In this document: one piece after another, positions 31,329 through 37,197 of the stretch
Layout: every line of letters begins with the position of its first letter
How positions within the stretch are numbered: position 1 is the stretch's first letter
Source: an uncultured Candidatus Saccharibacteria bacterium
GTDB lineage: Bacteria; Patescibacteriota; Minisyncoccia; Phycocordibacterales; UBA918
Length of the DNA stretch: 37,197 nucleotides
Reading direction: 5' to 3'
NCBI GenBank assembly: GCA_964432455.1
Contig: CAYSNO010000003.1
Location: forward strand, 1 to 37,197
Notes under the pieces: model-generated
Databases searched by the model: none
What the model saw: the letters and a program-made list of their open reading frames with translations, nothing else
What the model was told of the DNA's origin: nothing
Program-made: the position numbers and the translations under genes

Positions 31329-31877
31329 CTAGTTCGTTTCTTTTTGAAGCGGCAAGCCGATGTGTCGCAAAAATGCTTCTGCTTCTTCTTTGGTCTTTGC
31401 GGTAGTCACAATAGTGACCGCAAATGAGAAGGAATCCTTGAGTTCATCATCAGCACATTCTGGGAAGATAGTACTGTCTTTGATACCAATGGTGATATTC
31501 CCCATCTCATCAATTGCAGTAGCCTTAAGACCACGGAAGTCGCGAGTCTGCGGAATAGCAATATGGATGAGCTTGTCAATGAAGTGAATCATGCGAGCGC
31601 CACGGATAGTTACCTGGTGCCCAATGATTTCTCCTTCACGGAGCTTAAAGGCGGCAATCGACTGCTTGGCAGGACGTGGTGATGGCTTTTGCCCAGTGAT
31701 GAGCGAGAGGCGATCCACAATCATCGCTTCGCGGTGTTTGTCCTGCACACGGCCAGTTCCCACTGACACCACGATCTTTTCGAGCTTTGGTGTCTGCATC
31801 ACATTCGTGTACCCGAAGGTACCCTTCATGGCTTCAAATGTTGAGGCGAGCTTCTGTTTGGTAGTTTCCATATGCAT
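31329..31877 (-). CDS. rplE: 50S ribosomal protein L5
   Basis: NVMQTPKLEKIVVSVGTG ... ITGQKP ... KQSIAAFKLREG. The start is 31877 or 31871. Confidence 0.96.
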   Translation of the reverse strand: MHMETTKQKLASTFEAMKGTFGYTNVMQTPKLEKIVVSVGTGRVQDKHREAMIVDRLSLITGQKPSPRPAKQSIAAFKLREGEIIGHQVTIRGARMIHFIDKLIHIAIPQTRDFRGLKATAIDEMGNITIGIKDSTIFPECADDELKDSFSFAVTIVTTAKTKEEAEAFLRHIGLPLQKETN

Positions 31878-32188
31878 TAGATTTTCTTACCGCTTGGTCG
31901 GGCGACACGCACTTTCTTCTTCTTGTCGCCTTCGCCCTCGAAGATGTAGCCGATGCGCACAGTCTTGTCTCCCTCCATGAGGGCAACATTTGATGCGTCA
32001 ATTGGCATACTCTTCTCGATAATCTGTCCCTGTGAACGCACCTGCTTACTCTTCTGGTGCTTGGTGGCAACGTTCACCCCTTCGATAACCACCTGGTTCA
32101 TGTCCTTCAAGGTCATGAGGATGGTACCGGTCTTGCCTTTATCTTTTCCGGCAATCACCTTTACGGTGTCTCCTTTCTTGAGTTTCAT
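31877..32188 (-). CDS. rplX: 50S ribosomal protein L24
   Basis: MKLKKGDTVKVIAGKDKGKTG.I KOW motif. Confidence 0.95.
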   Translation of the reverse strand: MKLKKGDTVKVIAGKDKGKTGTILMTLKDMNQVVIEGVNVATKHQKSKQVRSQGQIIEKSMPIDASNVALMEGDKTVRIGYIFEGEGDKKKKVRVARPSGKKI

Positions 32189-32208
32189 ATGATGAAATAG
32201 TTAGGCGA

Positions 32209-32580
32209 CTACACGACCTCCGGGGCCAATGAGACGATTTTCTGATAACCAGCTTCGGCCAATTCGCGTGGGATTGGACCAAAAACGCGGTTCGCTTTTG
32301 GTTCTTTCTTCACCTTGTCGACAAGCACGACGGCGTTGTCGTCAAAGCTCACGTATGAGCCATCCTTGCGACGGTAGGGCTTGACCTGGCGCACCACTAC
32401 TCCGTACACAACATCCTTCTTCTTTACTGCTTTGCGTGGTTCGGCAGTCTGTACTGAAAGTACGACCATTTCACCGAGCTCAGCGTAACGCTTCTTCGAG
32501 CCACCAAGAATCTTGAACACACGTCCGACCTTGGCACCCGAGTTGTCCGTAATCCGAACAATTGTCTGTGGCTGAATCAT
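32209..32580 (-). CDS. rplN: 50S ribosomal protein L14
   Basis: MIQPQT...I.DNSGAK....KILGGSK.RYA. Confidence 0.97.
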   Translation of the reverse strand: MIQPQTIVRITDNSGAKVGRVFKILGGSKKRYAELGEMVVLSVQTAEPRKAVKKKDVVYGVVVRQVKPYRRKDGSYVSFDDNAVVLVDKVKKEPKANRVFGPIPRELAEAGYQKIVSLAPEVV

Positions 32581-32590
32581 AGTGAATTCA

Positions 32591-32842
32591 TTACTTGGTT
32601 AAAAGGGTGAAGTGCTTGCGCTTTGACATTGGGCGAGTTTCGCGGATTTCTACAATCGCACCTTCTTTCGCCGTATTGCCTGCATCATGTACCAAGAACT
32701 TCTTGGTACGACGCATGAACTTCTTGTACTTTGGATGCATCACGTACCGCTCGACAGCGACCGTAATAGTATCCTTCATCTTCGTAGAAACGACAGTCCC
32801 TTTGAGGACACGACCGTTCTGTGTAGTTGAATCTGTTGTCAT
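32591..32842 (-). CDS. rpsQ: 30S ribosomal protein S17
   Basis: LKGTVVSTKMKDTITVAVERYVMHPKYKK....TKKF.VHD. Confidence 0.95.
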   Translation of the reverse strand: MTTDSTTQNGRVLKGTVVSTKMKDTITVAVERYVMHPKYKKFMRRTKKFLVHDAGNTAKEGAIVEIRETRPMSKRKHFTLLTK

Positions 32843-32848
32843 ATCCTA

Positions 32849-33052
32849 TTACTTGGTGTCGGCCTGACGTGCACGAGTGTTGAGTTCGGTGAGGGTACGT
32901 GCAATCGTGAGCTTTGCCTTTCTAATAACTGATGCCTTGCGGGTAAAGCGGTCTTTGAAGCGTTCACTCTGGAGTTCACCGCGAGAGGTGGTCACGAGCT
33001 CTTCGAGCTCACTCACACTCTTCTTTGCAATATCTTCGTATTTCATATGCAA
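32849..33052 (-). CDS. rpmC: 50S ribosomal protein L29
   Basis: Position between rplP and rpsQ, with an L29-like helical sequence (SVSELEELV....GEL...RF). Confidence 0.9.
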   Translation of the reverse strand: MHMKYEDIAKKSVSELEELVTTSRGELQSERFKDRFTRKASVIRKAKLTIARTLTELNTRARQADTK

Positions 33053-33058
33053 TGCTGG

Positions 33059-33499
33059 TTACTTAGCGATAGTGTCTGCCTTTGAGACTACCTTGGCTTT
33101 TAATGGGAGCTTGTTGACTGATTTGCGAAGTGCCTTACGAGCGAGTTCTTCACTCGTTGCGCCCTTCACTTCGAAGATGATGCGACCTGGTTCTACCTCA
33201 AAGACGTAGTGGTCGAGATCACCCTTACCTTTACCCATCGGTACTTCGGCAGCCTTCTTCGTAATTGGACGGTCTGGGAAAATACGGATGTATACCTGAC
33301 CAGTCTTACCAAGCGTACGAGAAATTACTCGACGAGCGGCTTCAATCTGGTTTGAACGAACACGAGAAGCAGTGGTAGCCTGGAGACCAAATTCACCAAA
33401 GGCGACTGTGGTCCCGCGGGTAGCCGGACGATTGCGCTTCTCTTCACTCTTGCGGCCAGTTTGCCACTTGCGGTGTGCTACTTTTTTTGGAAACAACAT
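33059..33499 (-). CDS. rplP: 50S ribosomal protein L16
   Basis: MLFPKKV.HRK...GR ... GEFGLQA ... QIEAARR.I.R ... PMGKGKG. Confidence 0.97.
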   Translation of the reverse strand: MLFPKKVAHRKWQTGRKSEEKRNRPATRGTTVAFGEFGLQATTASRVRSNQIEAARRVISRTLGKTGQVYIRIFPDRPITKKAAEVPMGKGKGDLDHYVFEVEPGRIIFEVKGATSEELARKALRKSVNKLPLKAKVVSKADTIAK

Positions 33500-33505
33500 A
33501 CCTGT

Positions 33506-34240
33506 TTAGCGGTTACGTGGCGCTCGGGGAGCGCTTTCTCTGGTCTCGCCGCGAGCTGGAGTTGCCTCCTGACCTGCCTTGCGATCACCAAAGATATCAC
33601 CCTTATAAATCCAGACCTTAATACCAATAGCACCGTATGGCAAGCGCGCAGTAACGCGAGCGAAGTCAATATCGGCACGGAGTGTCTGGAGTGGAATTCG
33701 ACCCTTCTTCAATTCTTCAATACGAGCCATATCAGCACCACCGAGGCGACCTGAAAGCTTGATACGAACTCCCTGTACATCACGACTGGCCATCACTTTT
33801 TCGATGGTCTGCTTCATGACGCGACGGAAGGTCATACGCTTTTCAAGGCCTTCGGCAATCATCTGACCGACAATGTTCGCACTACTTTCTGGCGTACGAA
33901 TTTCTTCAATGTCGAGCTTGATTTCTGGCTTACTGATAAGACCCGCCTTACGGAAGAGCATATCAATCTCTTGCTTGAGCTTGACCGCACCTTCACCACT
34001 ACGACCGATCACGAGACCTGGACGAGCGGTTTTGATAATGATACGAACCATCTTCTGGTTGCGCTCAATTTCAACCGTATCAACGGACATACCCTTAAGA
34101 CGCTTTTCGAGGAACTTACGAATCGCGGCGTCGACGCGAATGTACTCACGGTACTGCTTTGGATCGGTAGTGAACCAACGACTCTTCCAGTCGCGGATGA
34201 TACCGACACGCTGTACGTATGGATGTGCTACGTGTGTCAT
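33506..34240 (-). CDS. rpsC: 30S ribosomal protein S3 (with basic C-terminal extension)
   Basis: HPYV.R.GI...W.SRWF; KH domain; GRLGGADMAR.E....GR.PLQTLRADIDF. Confidence 0.97.
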   Translation of the reverse strand: MTHVAHPYVQRVGIIRDWKSRWFTTDPKQYREYIRVDAAIRKFLEKRLKGMSVDTVEIERNQKMVRIIIKTARPGLVIGRSGEGAVKLKQEIDMLFRKAGLISKPEIKLDIEEIRTPESSANIVGQMIAEGLEKRMTFRRVMKQTIEKVMASRDVQGVRIKLSGRLGGADMARIEELKKGRIPLQTLRADIDFARVTARLPYGAIGIKVWIYKGDIFGDRKAGQEATPARGETRESAPRAPRNR

Positions 34241-34243
34241 AGA

Positions 34244-34567
34244 TTATTTGGTACCGAGCTCAATAGTAATGTGACTGGCTCGCTTGTTGATGCGAGAAGC
34301 CGAACCACGAGCACGTGGCATAAAGCGCTTTAGAGTTGGTGCCTTATCAACAGACACAAACTTCACGATAAGATGATCAGGATTGGCGCCCGCCTGCTTG
34401 GCGTTTGCGACAGCTGAAGCGAGGAGCTTACCGAACTGTACGGCGGCACGCTTTTCAACGAATTGGAGTGCGTGTTGCGCGACACCAACCTTCTTACCAC
34501 GAATCACATCAGCCACGAGGCGAACCTTGCGAGGTGATTGGCGATAGTTTTTGAGAGTTGCTTTCAT
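34244..34567 (-). CDS. rplV: 50S ribosomal protein L22
   Basis: YRQSPRKVRLVADVIRGKKV..A...L.F ... GP.LKRFMPRARG.A..I.KR.SHIT. Confidence 0.96.
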   Translation of the reverse strand: MKATLKNYRQSPRKVRLVADVIRGKKVGVAQHALQFVEKRAAVQFGKLLASAVANAKQAGANPDHLIVKFVSVDKAPTLKRFMPRARGSASRINKRASHITIELGTK

Positions 34568-34572
34568 ACAGT

Positions 34573-34920
34573 TTATTTCTTCTTAGTAGCAGGTCCTGCT
34601 GATTTAGCGGCCTTGGCTGCTGCGATTTCGGCTTCCTTCTTCTTCTGTTCAAGTTCCTTCTGCATCTTACCTCCGTGACGATGGAACTTCTTCGTTGGTG
34701 AGAATTCACCAAGACGATGACCCACCATTTCTTCTGCAACAAGTACTTCGACGTGATCTTTACCATTGTGAACACCGAAAGTGAATCCGACCATTTCTGG
34801 AGAGATTGTCGAGCGGCGAGCCCAGGTTTTGATCACAGCACTCTCTCCGGGCTTTTTTCCGGCGATCTTTTTGAGGAGCTTTTCGTCTATGTATGGTCCT
34901 TTATAGAGTGATCGTGACAT
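34573..34920 (-). CDS. rpsS: 30S ribosomal protein S19 with a Lys/Ala-rich C-terminal extension
   Basis: [17 protein letters not shown] ... I.TW.RRSTI.PEMVG.T..VHNGK. Confidence 0.96.
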   Translation of the reverse strand: MSRSLYKGPYIDEKLLKKIAGKKPGESAVIKTWARRSTISPEMVGFTFGVHNGKDHVEVLVAEEMVGHRLGEFSPTKKFHRHGGKMQKELEQKKKEAEIAAAKAAKSAGPATKKK

Positions 34921-34962
34921 ATGTTTATATATTTGGTAACCCGCGTGCAGCAGATTTTATCG

Positions 34963-34971
34963 TATATAACA
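34963..34971 (-). promoter_or_regulatory. candidate extended -10 promoter TGTTATATA restarting the operon at rpsS
   Basis: The minus strand reads ctgctTGTTATATAcgataaaatc, about 45 nt upstream of the rpsS ATG. Confidence 0.4.
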
Positions 34972-35284
34972 AGCAGATTTGTTAGCAGTGCGCGACGCGA
35001 ACAAAAAATTTCTTGAGTCGTACTAATTTGTACGGTGAAAGTAATTTTTGTGAGCAACAAAGCAATGCTCCAAATATGGTTGTTATACGAGAAAATCCGC
35101 ACAGTGGCGGTTCATTGAGAATCCCTCGTAAAGACAGGTAACGGCCGGCCTTAACAGGGATTCCCAACATCTTTCATCCCTTTGTTTTTGACACTTCCTT
35201 GGTAACAGAACGTGCTGTTACCCGAGGTTGGAACGTGGCCAATACTACGTGAAATAAAGGGAAAAGTCAACATTTTCCGTTATT

Positions 35285-35293
35285 TGCTATACT
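35285..35293 (+). promoter_or_regulatory. extended -10 promoter TGCTATACT, 7 nt upstream of ATG 35301
   Basis: tattTGCTATACTtacctccATG. The intervening acctcc is anti-SD-like, not an SD. Confidence 0.55.
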
Positions 35294-35300
35294 TACCTCC

Positions 35301-35903
35301 ATGATCACCCCGTCGCACCTCATTTATAGCTGGGCGCTTGCCAAACGAACCGAAAAAACAACGCTCGATGGGCCGGCAAAACACCGTACAGCCGCCTTTG
35401 TGGTCGGGGCACTGCTACCAGATATTCCAGTCTATGTCTTCTTTTTGGTCTGCGGGGTACTGCTCGGCTACGGGCACGAACGACTCTGGGACGATATGTA
35501 CTTTAATTCTGGCTGGTCCGTCGCGTTTACCCTCAGTCATTCTCTGCTATTTTGGCCAGGTATCTACCTGGTGGCCAAGTACAAGCGGTGGCTTGTAGCA
35601 CAATGGGTGGCTATTTCAGCCGTTTTTCACATCGTAGTGGATTTTTGTGTTCATACGGCTGATGCCTACGCTCACTTTTGGCCGCTGACGGATTGGCGGT
35701 TTATCAGTCCTATCTCCTACTGGGACCGAGCGTCTTATGGACAGTATGTGGGGTGTTTTGATGCTTTACTCATTCTTTGCCTCCTGATTTGGCTCACCAC
35801 CCGCTACCGTGAGAGTAAGCTGCGTTTTTTAGTTTACGTACTTCTTGCTTTTGCTACCTTGCGTTTTGGATTCGAGTTTTATAACCTCCTCACCTATGCC
35901 TAG
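35301..35903 (+). CDS. membrane-bound metal-dependent hydrolase-like protein (YdjM/DUF457-like)
   Basis: Polytopic. MITPSHLIYSWAL.., LLPDIP, HSLLFWP and FHIVVDFCVHTADAYAHFWP His-rich motifs resemble DUF457 as I recall it. Confidence 0.65.
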   Translation: MITPSHLIYSWALAKRTEKTTLDGPAKHRTAAFVVGALLPDIPVYVFFLVCGVLLGYGHERLWDDMYFNSGWSVAFTLSHSLLFWPGIYLVAKYKRWLVAQWVAISAVFHIVVDFCVHTADAYAHFWPLTDWRFISPISYWDRASYGQYVGCFDALLILCLLIWLTTRYRESKLRFLVYVLLAFATLRFGFEFYNLLTYA

Positions 35904-36204
35904 ACCCCGCGGTAGCGAACACACCACCCTGACCGAGACGGCCGAACTGCTCGTTCGTGAACTCAAAAAACAATCAGGTATCAAAATGATTGCCCCTGGT
36001 GTCATCGATGCCAAGCGCTCTGGTAAGCGCCACATCACGGCGGTCTACACCTCGGCTGGTATTCACTTTATTGTCTCCGGTACCGGAGTACAAAAAATCT
36101 CGGTACACCTCGCTGATGCTGCAGCTGGACCAAAGCTGGTGGCCACCCTTAAAAACGCCAAAGCCCTCAAGCAATTTGCTTGGGGCGAGCGATACCGCGA
36201 ATAA
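35896..36204 (+). CDS. hypothetical protein (102 aa)
   Basis: ATG 35896 overlaps the stop of the previous gene, which suggests translational coupling. No family recognised. Confidence 0.6.
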   Translation: MPRPRGSEHTTLTETAELLVRELKKQSGIKMIAPGVIDAKRSGKRHITAVYTSAGIHFIVSGTGVQKISVHLADAAAGPKLVATLKNAKALKQFAWGERYRE

Positions 36205-36211
36205 ATAGTGG

Positions 36212-36916
36212 CTAGAGCGTTTCTCGTGGTGGTTTTTCTGGTTGAAATTCTTCAGTGTGTGTTTTCCAGTCAATCTCCGTATCATCTGCAGGATGAATTG
36301 AGTCCTGTGATGCGATATGTCTAGGCGCATCTCCAGCATAGGGACTCTTGAAAATTTCATTTTTTGTACCACTAGCACTGCCATCCTTAACTGAGGCAAT
36401 GATAGCCTCTTCTTTGGCCTTTTGGTAAGCCTCGAACTCTGCACTCGCAATTATCACATCACAAAGTTGATTAATATCCTGATCGGAAAAGTGCCTCGCG
36501 TTTGCAACTTTTATAAAAGCTTTAACTTCCTCCAAGGCAGCGACAGCATCAGAATTTACTGGATTCATTGCTTGTGCCAAACTTTCAAAGAGTTTAGTGC
36601 GCAGCACTGGCTGACGCTCAAGCAAACCTTTTAGATTATCGACTCGACTTGGTAGATCTGCTTTCATATACTCTTTAATTGCTGTCTCAGCAATATCTTG
36701 CCCCACCTTTTCAGCCAACTCTAGTCGGATAACACCAAATTCGGAATTATCTGACTCAGAAAATGCTAATCCATCTTTATGTTTAACTTTGATGTTGTGC
36801 AGAGCGTCTTGTTGATACGACTCTAATTTTTTTATTACATCAATTCCCTGTTCACTCTGCTCAACTTGCGCAGCTGGTGTTCTACTAAAGAGTTTTTTAC
36901 TGAATTCGAATGCCAT
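36212..36916 (-). CDS. hypothetical helical protein (234 aa)
   Basis: ATG 36916 (MAFEFSKKLF) lies 9 nt after TGGTATACT. AT-rich. The upstream part of the track ORF runs through the rplB terminator. Confidence 0.65.
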   Translation of the reverse strand: MAFEFSKKLFSRTPAAQVEQSEQGIDVIKKLESYQQDALHNIKVKHKDGLAFSESDNSEFGVIRLELAEKVGQDIAETAIKEYMKADLPSRVDNLKGLLERQPVLRTKLFESLAQAMNPVNSDAVAALEEVKAFIKVANARHFSDQDINQLCDVIIASAEFEAYQKAKEEAIIASVKDGSASGTKNEIFKSPYAGDAPRHIASQDSIHPADDTEIDWKTHTEEFQPEKPPRETL

Positions 36917-36925
36917 AATGCCACT

Positions 36926-36934
36926 AGTATACCA
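36926..36934 (-). promoter_or_regulatory. extended -10 promoter TGGTATACT, 9 nt upstream of ATG 36916
   Basis: The minus strand reads tatcTGGTATACTagtggcattATG. Confidence 0.55.
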
Positions 36935-36948
36935 GATACCCCAGAGAC

Positions 36949-36985
36949 AACACAAAACCGCCCATATGTTGGGCGGTTTTGTGTT
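36949..36985. terminator. 15-bp hairpin terminator immediately after rplB
   Basis: aacacaaaaccgccc-atatgtt-gggcggttttgtgtt. A second small hairpin gttgca-atttc-tgcaac lies at 36984-37000. Confidence 0.75.
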
Positions 36986-37011
36986 GCAATTTCTGCAACT
37001 GAGCAACAATC

Positions 37012-37197
37012 TTATGACTGTCCGCGCATCAAGCGACCTGGCTTGCGGCGAGTGACAATAAACTTGTTACTGAACTTCTTTGGTGAGCGAGTCTTTTGAC
37101 CCTTGCCCACTGGACGACCTTGCTTCGTGCGCGCACGACGGTGACCACGTGGACTGCGTCCTTCACCACCTCCGTGTGGGTGGTCCACCGCGTTCTT
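37012..37197 (-). CDS. rplB: 50S ribosomal protein L2, C-terminal 61 codons (gene runs off the right edge)
   Basis: Hand translation gives [71 protein letters not shown] is the L2 signature. Confidence 0.93.
   Translation of the reverse strand, partial: KNAVDHPHGGGEGRSPRGHRRARTKQGRPVGKGQKTRSPKKFSNKFIVTRRKPGRLMRGQS

Noticed and set aside
1-37197. CRISPR arrays, tandem repeats, IS elements, integrases and rRNA/tRNA genes
   Set aside because: Scanning by eye found no regularly spaced direct repeats, no transposase or integrase motifs and no rRNA or tRNA signatures. The only repeated elements are short promoter-associated motifs.

Overview
The window reads as a chromosomal segment of a small-genome Patescibacteria/CPR bacterium, probably Saccharibacteria-like. 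This placement is inferred from gene content, not from a search. The right half is a minus-strand S10/spc ribosomal cluster: rplB (partial), rpsS-rplV-rpsC-rplP-rpmC-rpsQ-rplN-rplX-rplE, rpsN-rpsH-rplF-rplR-rpsE-rplO-secY, then adk and map. rpsE abuts rplO with no rpmD (L30). The rest holds infC-rpmI-rplT, ndk, a phosphoketolase-acetate kinase pair, a secreted SNase-type nuclease, a cohesin+dockerin protein, a SET-domain methyltransferase, an ArsR-SRPBCC-membrane operon, a free-standing LAGLIDADG endonuclease, three NMP-kinase paralogs and many small hypothetical genes. I recognised no rRNA, tRNA, CRISPR array, transposase or integrase. Four things are worth a second look. (1) The ribosomal cluster is interrupted at three normally tight junctions: rplB|rpsS, rplE|rpsN and secY|adk. 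(2) Most core genes have no Shine-Dalgarno (SD) sequence and start 6-9 nt downstream of a TGnTATACT-type extended -10 box, which suggests leaderless mRNAs. (3) Several patches of higher G+C carry strong GGAGG SDs and TTGACAGC-type -35 boxes. The clearest are 14.45-16.65 kb and 21.55-22.9 kb, which look like foreign islands with micro-ORFs and uncharacterised proteins. (4) Three small units are bounded by a promoter and a terminator and look like structured ncRNAs (20640-20818, 21554-21679, 21703-21798). All family calls come from motif recognition by eye. No database search, fold calculation or exact GC calculation was run.
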